Shown here: positions 1-10,122 of the stretch, piece by piece | Layout of the letters: each line of letters opens with the position of its first letter | Position numbering within the stretch: the first letter of the stretch is position 1 | Assembly: GCF_001642725.1 (NCBI RefSeq) | Contig: NZ_LSUQ01000004.1 | Span: forward strand, 62,001 to 119,803 | Source: Ferroacidibacillus organovorans | GTDB taxonomy: Bacteria; Bacillota; Bacilli; Alicyclobacillales; SLC66 | Direction of reading: 5' to 3' | DNA: 57,803 nucleotides | Translations under genes and position numbers: made by a program | The notes under the pieces: generated by a model | Seen by the model: only the letters and a program-made list of their open reading frames with translations | Told to the model about the DNA's origin: nothing | The model's database searches: none

Positions 1-249
1 TACCTCGAAGGCCTCCCGGATTCGCTTTACCTACCGCGCAAAGCTGTTCCGCGCGTTCAGGTGTTCCCTGGGGCGGTGGCAATCGCAGCTGGTTATACGG
101 GGATCTATCCTTCGGCGAGCGCTGGGGGATGGTGGATTTTGGGGACGCTCGTTGATCCACTGCCCGGTGCGCTGTGGCAGTGGGATGCCGATCCGCCTGC
201 GCGTCTGGGTTTTGGCGACCGCGTGGTATTTCGCTCCGTCGACGCGTAG
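1..249 (+). CDS. pxpB: 5-oxoprolinase subunit B / KipI family, C-terminal part (5' truncated by window)
   Basis: Frame 1 is open from base 1: YLEGLPDSLYLPRKAVPRVQVFPGAVAIAAGYTGIYPSASAGGWWILG...GDRVVF, matching the C-terminal PxpB/KipI motifs. Confidence 0.85.
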   Translation, partial: YLEGLPDSLYLPRKAVPRVQVFPGAVAIAAGYTGIYPSASAGGWWILGTLVDPLPGALWQWDADPPARLGFGDRVVFRSVDA

Positions 250-273
250 CGAGGAACGGAGGGTGAAACAGAG

Positions 274-1293
274 ATGAGCTATATCCGCGAACTTGAACGC
301 GTTTTTGCGGGGCGACTACGGATCAATCACGAGCCTCCAGAAGCGTTCCAGGCCGAATCGTTCGATGCATTGGTACGCGGGAGCACCGTGCGCGATCAGC
401 GCTGTTTTGCCTGGATCGAACACGGGAAAAAGTACTATGTCGCGTATCACGTTTCGCAATTGACGAAAACGGAAGAGACGCTGTTACGCCTTTTGCTGAC
501 GAATCATCAGGACGAAACGCTGGAAAAACCGAGATGGCAAGAGGAGATTCACGCCGCGCTGCGGGAAGCGCCGGAGCCTTTTCCACGCGCGATTCGGATC
601 GAAGATGAAGTTGAAGAAACGCCTGTTCCGTGGAGTTGGCCCGTCTACTTGATTGGCGTGCGGCCTCACGACACACCGAAAGAAGATACGCGTCAAGAAT
701 TGCAGAGCGCGCTTCACTCGCTCGCCGAAGCCTCTTCCGGTGAGTTTTACTTTACATATGACCAGGCGCTTGTCGTGTGCGTTTTTCCAAGGCATGCGGA
801 TGAAGATATGCACAGTCCTAGGGAAACAGCTGAGGCGCTCGTCGATGGTCTGGTATCTGAGTCGTTTATCGATGCGCGCGCGGTCTATAGCGGTGCGGTG
901 CGCAGTTTGCCAGAATTGCTCCTGACCCTTCGGCGCATGCTGTTTGTCGTGATGACCGCTGAGGCGCTCACGCCAGAATCGCGCGTGCTCACGGCCCAGG
1001 GACTCGGCGTCTATGAATTGCTGTTTGGCTTGCGTCCGCACTTGCGACAGGCATATGCGGCGCACACGATCACGCCGTCTGTCACGATGACGCTTGGGGC
1101 AGAGCTTGAGCAGACGGTGATGACGTTTGTGGCATGCGATCTAAACATGAGCGAAACCGCGCGCAAACTCTATCTGCACCGCAACAGCTTGCTGTATCGG
1201 ATTGAGCGCATACGCGAATTGACCGGCTACGACGTTCGTCGGTTCGACGACGCGGTGACGGTGTGGGCGGCTCTTCTCTTGCGTAGACTGTGA
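274..1293 (+). CDS. PucR/CdaR-family transcriptional regulator
   Basis: C-terminal HTH signature NMSETARKLYLHRNSLLYRIERIRELTGYD; RBS GGAGGGTG. Confidence 0.9.
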   Translation: MSYIRELERVFAGRLRINHEPPEAFQAESFDALVRGSTVRDQRCFAWIEHGKKYYVAYHVSQLTKTEETLLRLLLTNHQDETLEKPRWQEEIHAALREAPEPFPRAIRIEDEVEETPVPWSWPVYLIGVRPHDTPKEDTRQELQSALHSLAEASSGEFYFTYDQALVVCVFPRHADEDMHSPRETAEALVDGLVSESFIDARAVYSGAVRSLPELLLTLRRMLFVVMTAEALTPESRVLTAQGLGVYELLFGLRPHLRQAYAAHTITPSVTMTLGAELEQTVMTFVACDLNMSETARKLYLHRNSLLYRIERIRELTGYDVRRFDDAVTVWAALLLRRL

Positions 1294-1434
1294 ACGAATA
1301 TTTTTCGGCGCGCGAACTGCCTAAACATTGGTGTGGAACTTTGTGTAGAGTGCCATATGGTGGGGTGTGGGCAAGTCGGGCTATACTACCGAAAGTAGTG
1401 AAACGCATCGACTTTTTGAAAGGGGCTCACAGCC

Positions 1435-2544
1435 TTGGCAGAAGTAATTTTGAAAAACGTATACAAACGCTATACCGGCAACGTTGTCGCAGTGACCGAT
1501 TTTAATCTTGAAATTGCAGATAAAGAGTTTATCGTCCTGGTTGGCCCATCGGGTTGCGGAAAATCCACGACACTCCGCATGATTGCGGGGCTCGAAGAGA
1601 TCTCGGACGGCGATTTGATGATTGGTCAACGTCGCATGAATGACGTCGCGCCAAAAGATCGCGATATTGCGATGGTATTCCAGAACTACGCGCTCTATCC
1701 GCACATGACGGTGTATCAAAATATGGCGTTTGGGCTCAAACTGCGACGCTTCCCAAAAGCTGAGATTGACAAGCGCGTGCGCGATGCGGCGCAAATCCTC
1801 GATATCACCCACTTGTTGGCGAGAAAACCAAAGGCGCTTTCTGGCGGGCAACGTCAACGCGTCGCGCTGGGACGCGCGATTGTCCGAGAACCACAGGCGT
1901 TTTTGATGGACGAGCCACTTTCAAACCTTGACGCGAAGTTGCGCGTCGCGATGCGCACAGAGATCAGTAAACTTCACAAGCGCTTGCAAACGACGTTCAT
2001 CTATGTCACACACGATCAGACGGAAGCGATGACGATGGGCGATCGCATCGTCGTTATGAAAGACGGTTTTATTCAGCAGGTGGCAACCCCGCAAGAGATC
2101 TACAATCATCCGCGCAATCTGTTTGTGGCTGGATTTATCGGTTCACCTTCCATGAACTTTATCAACGGTCAGGTTGAAGAACAAAACGGAAAACTGCGCT
2201 TTGTAGCGCAAGGACTGTCACTAGAAATCCCGGAGGGACGCCACGAAGCGGTGCGTGCAGCGGGCGCGGTTGGTAAAGAGATGGTGCTCGGCATTCGCCC
2301 AGAACACATCCACGATGAGCCTGTCTACACGGAGACGTATCCGGGTGGCATTTTTGAAGCGGTGATCGAAGTGGTTGAGCATATGGGGTCGGAAATGTAC
2401 TTGATGATGGACCTCAGCGGCCAGCAGGTTACGGGACGGATTGTCGCGCGCAGTGACGTGCACGCTTCAGAAAACGTGAGACTCGTGATGGACATGAGCA
2501 AGATTCACATGTTTGACAAAGAGACGGAACTGTCCATTCTGTGA
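1435..2544 (+). CDS. msmX: Carbohydrate ABC transporter ATP-binding protein (MsmX/MalK/UgpC type)
   Basis: Walker A GPSGCGKS, signature LSGGQRQR, DEPLSNLDAKLR, FVAGFIGSP, C-terminal TOBE region; TTG start after AAGGGG. Confidence 0.9.
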   Translation: MAEVILKNVYKRYTGNVVAVTDFNLEIADKEFIVLVGPSGCGKSTTLRMIAGLEEISDGDLMIGQRRMNDVAPKDRDIAMVFQNYALYPHMTVYQNMAFGLKLRRFPKAEIDKRVRDAAQILDITHLLARKPKALSGGQRQRVALGRAIVREPQAFLMDEPLSNLDAKLRVAMRTEISKLHKRLQTTFIYVTHDQTEAMTMGDRIVVMKDGFIQQVATPQEIYNHPRNLFVAGFIGSPSMNFINGQVEEQNGKLRFVAQGLSLEIPEGRHEAVRAAGAVGKEMVLGIRPEHIHDEPVYTETYPGGIFEAVIEVVEHMGSEMYLMMDLSGQQVTGRIVARSDVHASENVRLVMDMSKIHMFDKETELSIL

Positions 2545-2587
2545 TGACCTTATATCCCCAAGCTTCTGATAGGAAGGGGGCTGCGCG

Positions 2588-3520
2588 ATGAGCGGGTTTG
2601 TCACGGTCGCTCAACTCGTGGAAGAGTTAAATCTTGAATTGATCGGCAGCGGAATCGGTTTAGCGCGCACGATCAACTCAGAGGAGATCAATCGTCCGGG
2701 CCTCGGGCTCGCCGGATTTCTCGTGTATTATCCATCCGATCGCGTGCAGGTGCTGGGGCGCACAGAACTGGCTTTCCTAAGCTCCATCGATGCGATGGAC
2801 GCGCGTGAGCGACTGAAGCGGATCTGTAGTTTTGAGCAGACCCCCTGTATCGTAGTGACGCGCAACCAGGAAATCTCAGATGAACTGCGTGAAGAAGCGG
2901 AACAATACGGCGTTCCGCTTCTTCGGACGCGCCTTTCGACGCCTAAGTTTATTGCTCAGATCACAACCTTTCTCGAACTTCACCTCGCGCCAGAAACGCT
3001 CGTCCATGGTGTCTTGGTGGACGTGTACGGGATCGGCATTTTGATGACCGGGTCAAGTGGCATTGGGAAGAGTGAGACAGCGCTCGAACTGCTCAAAAGA
3101 GGTCATCGCATGGTGGCGGATGACGCGGTGGAAATTCGCCGGATTTCTGAGGACACGCTGGTGGGGATGGCGCCTCCCCTCTTGCAGCATTTGCTTGAGA
3201 TTCGTGGACTCGGCGTACTGAACGCGATGACCTTGTTTGGCGCAGGCGCGATTCGCACGCATAAGAAAATTGAAATGATCATTGAGCTTGAGGCTTGGCA
3301 GGATGATCGCTCGTATGACAGACTCGGACTCGATGAAGACAAGCGGCGCATTCTCGATGTAGATCTTACCTGTCTGATTATCCCTGTGCGACCGGGGCGA
3401 AACCTTGCGATCATTATCGAGGTGGCGGCGATGAATCAGCGCCTCAAACGAATGGGGTACAACGCGGCGCGTGAACTGTCGGAAAAGTTGATGTCCTCGA
3501 TGGACGCGCACGAAGATTAG
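2588..3520 (+). CDS. hprK: HPr kinase/phosphorylase
   Basis: INRPGL, HGVLVDVYGIG, GSSGIGKSETALEL, ADDAV, LEIRGLG, PVRPGRN motifs. Confidence 0.97.
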   Translation: MSGFVTVAQLVEELNLELIGSGIGLARTINSEEINRPGLGLAGFLVYYPSDRVQVLGRTELAFLSSIDAMDARERLKRICSFEQTPCIVVTRNQEISDELREEAEQYGVPLLRTRLSTPKFIAQITTFLELHLAPETLVHGVLVDVYGIGILMTGSSGIGKSETALELLKRGHRMVADDAVEIRRISEDTLVGMAPPLLQHLLEIRGLGVLNAMTLFGAGAIRTHKKIEMIIELEAWQDDRSYDRLGLDEDKRRILDVDLTCLIIPVRPGRNLAIIIEVAAMNQRLKRMGYNAARELSEKLMSSMDAHED

Positions 3521-3614
3521 GTCCTATGTGGTCTAATGCGAAATAAAATAAACGCTTCTTACACTACGCGGTGGGTAAAAACCGACTGGCGGAGACATAC
3601 TGTGCGCGTCGGAG

Positions 3615-4142
3615 GTGGTGGAGACGCGCAAGGTATCGGTCTATCGCTTACCTGAACGTACTGGAAAAGAACCCTGCAATCCCTTGTATCGTCTCTATGA
3701 GACGGTGCCTTTTTTTCGTGTCGTAAGGTCAGTGCTCATCCAGCGAATGGTTCGCGTTTGTCCCAGTTTCTCACTAAAAAATACGATATACCGGCGACTG
3801 CTTGGGGTACAGATCGGTGTGCATACGGCGATCGCGCTTGATGTGACGCTCGATATGCTGAAGCCCGAGTGGATTTCGATTGGCCGAAATTGTGTCATCG
3901 GATACCAGACCACGATACTCACACACGAATACCTCATTCATGAGTATCGATTCGGACCAGTCACGATTGGCGATGAGGTTATGATTGGAGCGAATTCAAC
4001 GATTCTCGCGGGTGTCACGATCGGGAGCGGAAGTGTCATCGGGGCGGGCTCAGTCGTTTCATCCGACGTCCCGCCAGGCGTATTTGCAGCAGGGGTGCCT
4101 GCGCGAATCATTCGCTCATTGACAGCAACGACGCCCGAATGA
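3615..4142 (+). CDS. Hexapeptide-repeat acyltransferase (YvoF-like)
   Basis: Left-handed beta-helix repeats (IGRNCVIG, IGDEVMIGANSTILAGVTIG, GVPAR); lies between hprK and hisZ like B. subtilis yvoF. Confidence 0.85.
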   Translation: MVETRKVSVYRLPERTGKEPCNPLYRLYETVPFFRVVRSVLIQRMVRVCPSFSLKNTIYRRLLGVQIGVHTAIALDVTLDMLKPEWISIGRNCVIGYQTTILTHEYLIHEYRFGPVTIGDEVMIGANSTILAGVTIGSGSVIGAGSVVSSDVPPGVFAAGVPARIIRSLTATTPE

Positions 4143-4209
4143 TAGGATTGTACAAGCGGATGCTTTAGCATGTTAAATCACTAAAGTGTATGGAAAAGGA
4201 CGAGAGCAA

Positions 4210-5448
4210 ATGGCGCGTGCTTGGGAGAGACCGGTAGGAACGCGTGATTTCTTTGGAGATGCAATGCGTCAACGCAATCAGATCATCCATGCGATTCGCA
4301 ATACGGCGAAAACGTTTGACTATGACGAGATTGAGACACCGATGCTTGAGTATTCGCAGACGTTTCAATTCGGTCTTTTGCGAGATGACGAGGAACGGCT
4401 TTTTCGCACGTTTGACCCAGCGGGGCACACCCTCGCACTGCGGCCAGAGATGACCACGCCAGTCGCGCGCGTGGCGGCTACCCTCCTTGCGCGCGAGCCA
4501 TTGCCGCTGCGCTTGATGTATGCGGCAAAAACGTATCAGACGCCGACATTGCGCGCGAAGCAGACGATTGAAGTGACGCAGGCGGGGTTTGAGTGCATTG
4601 GCGATGAGGGACTGGAAGCGGATGCCGAGGTGATCGCGCTCGCGGTGCGCAGTCTGCAGGCGCTTGGCATTCAAACGTTCCGAATTGCGATTGGCCACAC
4701 CGGGTATGTACAAACATGGTTTGAAAAAATACCCGAGACTCTCGCACGCGGTTTGCGTCAGGCGATGCTAGAGAAGGACTGGGTGCAATATGAGACAGAG
4801 CTAAAGCCTTACCAGAGTGCGACGTGGTACGACGCGGTGCGGTCGCTTCCAAGGGTGCGCGGAACGCGCACGGCACTGCTTCAGGCGCGAAGCGCCGCGA
4901 CCGATCCGGCAGGGCGTGCGTGTTGTGACGAACTTCTGACGCTGTTTGATTTACTAGATCTCTATGGGGTTCTTGAGTATGTGCACGTGGATTTAGGGCT
5001 TGTCCTTGACCACGATTACTACACGGGACCAGTCTTTGAAGGATATGCGGAGCATCTGGGGCAGCCGATCTGTGTGGGGGGAAGATACGACAACCTGCTA
5101 GGGTGCTTTGATCGACCATTGCCTGCCACTGGCTGTGCCCTCTTCGTTGAACGTCTCATGCGCGTAGTCGCGGAGCCACAGGAAGAAGAGGAGAGGATCG
5201 TGGTGCGGTATGTTGAAAAGGGGCGGATGTCTGCCCTCTCGTTTGCTGAGTGGCTGAGGCGAAAAGGTTCGATCGTCCGAACAGAGCGCATGCCATCAGA
5301 TGCAATGGGTGCGGAGGGTGAAACGGCTGGGGGATGCTCTGGTGGCATCATGCGTGTGCTTGAAGTGAGTGGAGCGCGCGTACACGGCGATGTGCGTTTA
5401 CAAGACGACTATCGCGCTTTCCTGCGTGAGGGAGGGATCACATGCTGA
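4210..5448 (+). CDS. hisZ: ATP phosphoribosyltransferase regulatory subunit
   Basis: PVGTRD, LALRPEMTTPVAR, QAGFE, YYTG, GGRYDNLL; directly upstream of short hisG; start at ATG 4210 chosen. Confidence 0.93.
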   Translation: MARAWERPVGTRDFFGDAMRQRNQIIHAIRNTAKTFDYDEIETPMLEYSQTFQFGLLRDDEERLFRTFDPAGHTLALRPEMTTPVARVAATLLAREPLPLRLMYAAKTYQTPTLRAKQTIEVTQAGFECIGDEGLEADAEVIALAVRSLQALGIQTFRIAIGHTGYVQTWFEKIPETLARGLRQAMLEKDWVQYETELKPYQSATWYDAVRSLPRVRGTRTALLQARSAATDPAGRACCDELLTLFDLLDLYGVLEYVHVDLGLVLDHDYYTGPVFEGYAEHLGQPICVGGRYDNLLGCFDRPLPATGCALFVERLMRVVAEPQEEEERIVVRYVEKGRMSALSFAEWLRRKGSIVRTERMPSDAMGAEGETAGGCSGGIMRVLEVSGARVHGDVRLQDDYRAFLREGGITC

Positions 5449-6074
5449 CGGTCGCACTCGCCAAGGGACGCATTCTTGAAGATACGATGCAACGTTTGCG
5501 ATCTGCTGGGTTTTCGCCTCCGGAGGAATTGCTCGACACGCGCAAATTGGTGCTTGAAGATAAAAAACACCCTTTGCGCTATTTATTGGCAAAACCGTCT
5601 GACGTTCCGGTGTATGTTGAACACGGCGCCGCAGACCTCGGTGTCGTCGGCAAGGATGTGCTCTATGAGTCGCAGGCAGATGTTCACGAATTGATTGACT
5701 TACAAGACGGAAGATGCCGAATTGTCGTGGCTGGTCCAAGCGGGCTCGATGTAAAACGGGTGACGCGCGTCGCCACGAAGTATCCGCGCTATGCGCAAGC
5801 CTATTTCCGCACGCTCGGTCGTCAGATTGAAATTATTCCGCTGAGCGGCAGTGTGGAACTGGCGCCGATCATCGGATTATCCGACTGCATTGTGGATCTT
5901 GTCGAGACAGGGCGTACGTTGAAGGAAAATGGGCTCATCGAGCTCGTGTCTTTGTCTGCCATTTCGACACGCCTCATTGCTAATCGCCGCAGTTACCAAG
6001 TGCGCGGGAGCGAAGTGGATCACGTCGTTTCGCGCATCCGCGATTCGCTGTGTGAAGGAAGTGTTGCGCAGTGA
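5442..6074 (+). CDS. hisG: ATP phosphoribosyltransferase, short form
   Basis: ALAKGRI, KPSDVPVYVEHGAADLGVVGKDVL, VATKYP, GSVELAP, IVDLVETGRTLKENGL. Confidence 0.97.
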   Translation: MLTVALAKGRILEDTMQRLRSAGFSPPEELLDTRKLVLEDKKHPLRYLLAKPSDVPVYVEHGAADLGVVGKDVLYESQADVHELIDLQDGRCRIVVAGPSGLDVKRVTRVATKYPRYAQAYFRTLGRQIEIIPLSGSVELAPIIGLSDCIVDLVETGRTLKENGLIELVSLSAISTRLIANRRSYQVRGSEVDHVVSRIRDSLCEGSVAQ

Positions 6075-6757
6075 TTGGAATCCTTGATTACGGTGTCGGC
6101 AATCTGTTCAGTGTAAAAAAGGCGTTTGACTATTTGGGTGAACCATCTGTCGTTATTCAATCGGCGTCCGAGTTTGACGCGCTTGATCGACTCTTGATCC
6201 CAGGGGTTGGCGCGTTTGGCGATGCGATGGAATTGCTCCACGATCGCGATCTCGTTACAGCGATTCGTGCCTTTGCGGCGTCAAACCGGCCGCTGCTTGG
6301 CATTTGCCTCGGCATGCAACTCCTCTTTGACGCGAGCTCTGAGCATGGCGATCACGCGGGGCTCGGACTCTTGCCGGGGCGTGTTGAACGAATTCCGGGG
6401 CCTTATAAAATACCGCAGGTCGGGTGGAACCAGTTGCAACCCGCTCGCCGACACGCGCTCACGCTTTCATTAGAGGGCGAAGATTACGCGTATTTTGTCC
6501 ATAGTTACTATGTGCGTGTCGCAGATGATTCGATTCTTCTTGCGACGGCAGAGTATGGCGTCGATGTTCCGGCCATTGTTGCGCAGAATAACATCGTAGG
6601 CATGCAGTTTCACCCTGAGAAAAGTTCAAACACAGGTTTAAAGCTTTTGAAACAGTTTGCCGTTTTTCCGGATCAAAGCGGTGTGGCGCGCGACGAAAAG
6701 ACAATCACCACATCAGCGCGAGGAGGTGTCGAGCGTGTACATTTTGCCCGCGATTGA
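6071..6757 (+). CDS. hisH: Imidazole glycerol phosphate synthase glutaminase subunit
   Basis: DYGVGN, PGVGAF, GICLGMQ, YFVHSY, QFHPEKS. Confidence 0.96.
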   Translation: MIGILDYGVGNLFSVKKAFDYLGEPSVVIQSASEFDALDRLLIPGVGAFGDAMELLHDRDLVTAIRAFAASNRPLLGICLGMQLLFDASSEHGDHAGLGLLPGRVERIPGPYKIPQVGWNQLQPARRHALTLSLEGEDYAYFVHSYYVRVADDSILLATAEYGVDVPAIVAQNNIVGMQFHPEKSSNTGLKLLKQFAVFPDQSGVARDEKTITTSARGGVERVHFARD

Positions 6758-7475
6758 CCTTCTTTCAGGAGATGCAGTTCGCCTCTATCAGGGTGATTAT
6801 GAGCGTGTCACGTCTTATGGGGATCCACACAAGCTCGCGCGCAGCTATCGGGAGGATGGCGCAACCCATTTGCACATCGTTGATTTAGATGCGGCGCGAA
6901 GTGGCACGCGCACACCGCAAACGGCGGAGTGTATCCGTGAAATCCTTGAAGATACGGGGCTTTACATCGAACTTGGCGGCGGTATACGGACAGAAGAAGA
7001 TATTGAGTACTGGCTGAAACTCGGCGTGTGGCGGGTCGTCCTCGGCACTGTCGCGGCGCGTGCGCCAGAGGTTGCGGGAGGCTATCGCAAAACGTATGGA
7101 AAGAGCGTCACGGTAGGGATTGATGCGCGAAACGGGAAGGTTGCGACGGCTGGTTGGCTGGCGGAGGAAACGCTTGAAGCGACCGCACTCGCGAAAGCGC
7201 TGTGTGAGTTCGGATTCGAAGACTGTATTCATACCGATATTTCGAAAGACGGTACGCTTGCAGGTGCCTCCCTGGAACGTTCTGTAGAACTCTCCAAGTG
7301 CTCCGGGTTGTCTGTGATCGTCTCTGGCGGTGTCAAAGACCTGGCAGATGTCAGGCAGATTATTGCGCGCGCGGACGCGGGCGTATCAGGTGTGATCTTA
7401 GGAAAAGCGTTGCTCGACGGGCGGATGTCCTTGCGTGATGCCCTGAATCTCACCGCCGGGGAGGTGCCGATGTAG
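6735..7475 (+). CDS. hisA: ProFAR isomerase
   Basis: PAIDL...VRLYQG, LHIVDLD, GGGIR, TDISKDG, SGGV; GTG 6735 follows AGGAGGTG. Confidence 0.95.
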   Translation: MYILPAIDLLSGDAVRLYQGDYERVTSYGDPHKLARSYREDGATHLHIVDLDAARSGTRTPQTAECIREILEDTGLYIELGGGIRTEEDIEYWLKLGVWRVVLGTVAARAPEVAGGYRKTYGKSVTVGIDARNGKVATAGWLAEETLEATALAKALCEFGFEDCIHTDISKDGTLAGASLERSVELSKCSGLSVIVSGGVKDLADVRQIIARADAGVSGVILGKALLDGRMSLRDALNLTAGEVPM

Positions 7476-7476
7476 C

Positions 7477-8235
7477 GTGATCACGAAGCGGATCATTCCG
7501 TGTTTTGATGTGCGAAATGGGCGCGTGGTAAAGTTTCAGTCGTTTTTTGCGAATGAGCGCGATGCCGGGGATCCTGTCATTCTCGCAAAGCGATATGATG
7601 AACAGGGCGCAGATGAACTTGTGATGCTCGACATCTCAGCGACACATGAAGGGCGGCGGACGATGCTTGACATCGTGAGTGAAACGGCTGCTCAGGTTTT
7701 CATTCCTTTTACTGTTGGTGGAGGGATCGGATCGGTTGCAGAAGTGCGCGACGTCTTGCGGGCGGGTGCCGACAAGGTTTCGCTCAATTCGGCTGCCGTC
7801 AAAAATCCCGCGTTGATCTCAGAGTCGGCGAAGCGCTTTGGCTCTCAGTGTGTCGTGATCGCGTTGGATGCGAAACGGCGCACAGAGCAATCGTGGGACG
7901 TTCTGGTGAGCGGCGGTCGCATCAACACAGGGAAGAGTGCGGTCGCCTGGGCAAAAGAGGCGGAGGCGCGCGGCGCGGGAGAATTGCTTGTCACAAGTTT
8001 TGACGAAGACGGGCAACGTGATGGATATGACCTTGCGCTGACGCGGGCGATCGCGGACGCGGTAAGCATCCCGGTGATCGCGTCGGGTGGCGCGGGGTGC
8101 GCAGAACACTTTTATGATGTGTTTACAGCAGGTGGCGCGGATGCTGCGCTTGCCGCTTCGATCTTTCACTTTGCGGAGACATCCGTCACAGAAGTGAAAA
8201 AAAATCTTCGCGAAAGGGGAGTGTCGATCCGATGA
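7477..8235 (+). CDS. hisF: Imidazole glycerol phosphate synthase cyclase subunit
   Basis: [50 protein letters not shown]. Confidence 0.97.
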   Translation: MITKRIIPCFDVRNGRVVKFQSFFANERDAGDPVILAKRYDEQGADELVMLDISATHEGRRTMLDIVSETAAQVFIPFTVGGGIGSVAEVRDVLRAGADKVSLNSAAVKNPALISESAKRFGSQCVVIALDAKRRTEQSWDVLVSGGRINTGKSAVAWAKEAEARGAGELLVTSFDEDGQRDGYDLALTRAIADAVSIPVIASGGAGCAEHFYDVFTAGGADAALAASIFHFAETSVTEVKKNLRERGVSIR

Positions 8236-8870
8236 TCCGTGTCGACTTTGATCTGGATCGTCTCGCCTATGACCGTGACGGTCTCGTTCCGGTGATCCTT
8301 CAGGACGCGCAGACATACGCTGTCTTGACGCTTGCCTACGCGAATCGCGAGGCTGTCGCGCGAACGATGGAGACAGGGGAGACGTGGCTCTTTAGCCGCT
8401 CTCGGAATGAACTTTGGCATAAAGGCACATCGTCTGGCAACCGACAAACGGTACTTTCGATTCATCGCGATTGTGATCATGACGCGCTTTTATATCGGGT
8501 CTCGCCACATGGACCGGCCTGCCACACAGGCGCCTATTCTTGTTTTGAAGGGGTCGCCAAGAGCCAGGCGGCGTATGGCGTGCTGGCGGCGCTCGAAGCA
8601 CTGATTGATCAGCGCTACAGAGAACGGCCGGAAGGTGCCTATACGACCTATCTGTTTGAAAAAGGTGTCGACAAAATTCTTAAAAAATTGGGCGAAGAGA
8701 CTTCAGAGGTAATTCTCGCTGTGAAAAATGATGATCCCACGGAGATTCGCTATGAGGCGGCTGACTTGCTTTACCATCTGTTTGTCATGCTGCGACATAC
8801 GGGAATTCCGCTGTCTGCAGTTCTAGAAGAACTGTCCACGCGCTACGAACGACCACGAAAAACTGAGTAA
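8232..8870 (+). CDS. hisIE: Bifunctional phosphoribosyl-AMP cyclohydrolase / phosphoribosyl-ATP pyrophosphatase
   Basis: [37 protein letters not shown]. Confidence 0.96.
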   Translation: MIRVDFDLDRLAYDRDGLVPVILQDAQTYAVLTLAYANREAVARTMETGETWLFSRSRNELWHKGTSSGNRQTVLSIHRDCDHDALLYRVSPHGPACHTGAYSCFEGVAKSQAAYGVLAALEALIDQRYRERPEGAYTTYLFEKGVDKILKKLGEETSEVILAVKNDDPTEIRYEAADLLYHLFVMLRHTGIPLSAVLEELSTRYERPRKTE

Positions 8871-8925
8871 ATTCTAATGATCATTCGGACTTTTTTGTGA
8901 ACCCATTCAAACCGATTGTCGATAT

Positions 8926-8955
8926 TTGACGAATACGAGTTTCGTATGATAGAGT
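8926..8955 (+). promoter_or_regulatory. Putative sigmaA promoter of the peptide ABC operon
   Basis: TTGACG-18 bp-TAGAGT with TG extended -10; overlapped by two inverted repeats. Confidence 0.5.
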
Positions 8956-9145
8956 GACCCATTGTGTTGGGTCATTCTAGTTTCTATGGAATAAGATTCT
9001 CATCGAAAGTAAACGAAGCATGTGCTACCATAGTTCGTACGTGATAACAAGTTAGAGCGCGTGTTTTTTTCAGGGACTTTTGGATGTCCGTCCCAGGTGG
9101 ATTTAAAGAACGGTACGTGTTACGTAAGATGGGTGAGGTGAGACC

Positions 9146-10105
9146 ATGTCTACCATTTTATCTGTGGAACATTTAACGACGAGTTTTGGAACGACGAGTG
9201 GCTATGTGCCAGCGATTGACGATGTCAGTTTTCACATCGACAAAGGTGAAACACTAGGAATTGTCGGTGAGTCAGGGTGTGGAAAGAGCGTCACTTCGCT
9301 TTCCATCATGAAACTGCTTACTGCAAACGGAAAAATCCAATCCGGCAGCATTCAGTTTGAAGACCGCGACCTCGTGAAACTGTCTGAGGCGGACATGCGC
9401 AAGGTGCGAGGCAACGACATCGCAATGATCTTTCAGGAGCCGATGACGTCGCTCAATCCAGTGCACAAGATCGGCAAACAGATTACCGAGTCGCTGCGTA
9501 TTCACAAAGGGATGCGCGGGCCGGCGGCGCGAGCGCGGGCGATCGAACTGCTCAATCTCGTCGGCATTCCTCGCGCGGCAGAGATTGTGGATGAGTACCC
9601 CCACCGTCTCTCTGGTGGTATGCGTCAGCGTGTCATGATCGCGATTGCGATGGCGTGTGATCCAAAATTGTTGATCGCAGACGAACCGACGACAGCGCTC
9701 GACGTGACCATTCAGGCGCAGATCCTTGATCTGATGAGGAAGTTGAAAGCGGAGCGCCAGATGGCGATGATGCTGATCACGCATGACCTTGGCGTCGTGG
9801 CAGAAATGTGTGACCGCGTCGTTGTCATGTATGCTGGGAAAGTCGTTGAGCAAGGAAATGTACGCGATATTTTCCGCAATCCGACGCATCCTTATACGAT
9901 TGGCCTTTTGAACTCGATTCCAAAGCTTGATGAACGCAAAACGCGACTTGATTCGATTCCAGGCGCTGTGCCAAGCATCGAGAACATGCCTGCGGGTTGC
10001 CGCTTTGCGGCGCGCTGTGAACACGCGACGCAGCGGTGTGCTGATGCAGATCCGGGACTTCGCGACGTAAGTGGTGACTATCAAGCACGTTGCGTGCTGG
10101 TCTGA
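9146..10105 (+). CDS. oppD: Oligopeptide/dipeptide ABC transporter ATP-binding protein (OppD/AppD type)
   Basis: [53 protein letters not shown]. Confidence 0.9.
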   Translation: MSTILSVEHLTTSFGTTSGYVPAIDDVSFHIDKGETLGIVGESGCGKSVTSLSIMKLLTANGKIQSGSIQFEDRDLVKLSEADMRKVRGNDIAMIFQEPMTSLNPVHKIGKQITESLRIHKGMRGPAARARAIELLNLVGIPRAAEIVDEYPHRLSGGMRQRVMIAIAMACDPKLLIADEPTTALDVTIQAQILDLMRKLKAERQMAMMLITHDLGVVAEMCDRVVVMYAGKVVEQGNVRDIFRNPTHPYTIGLLNSIPKLDERKTRLDSIPGAVPSIENMPAGCRFAARCEHATQRCADADPGLRDVSGDYQARCVLV

Positions 10106-10122
10106 AAGGAGGGCGTTTCAGG

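Noticed and set aside
1398..1411. cre site upstream of msmX (GTGAAACGCATCGA)
   Set aside because: Spacing to the central CG and the 3' end do not fit the cre consensus.
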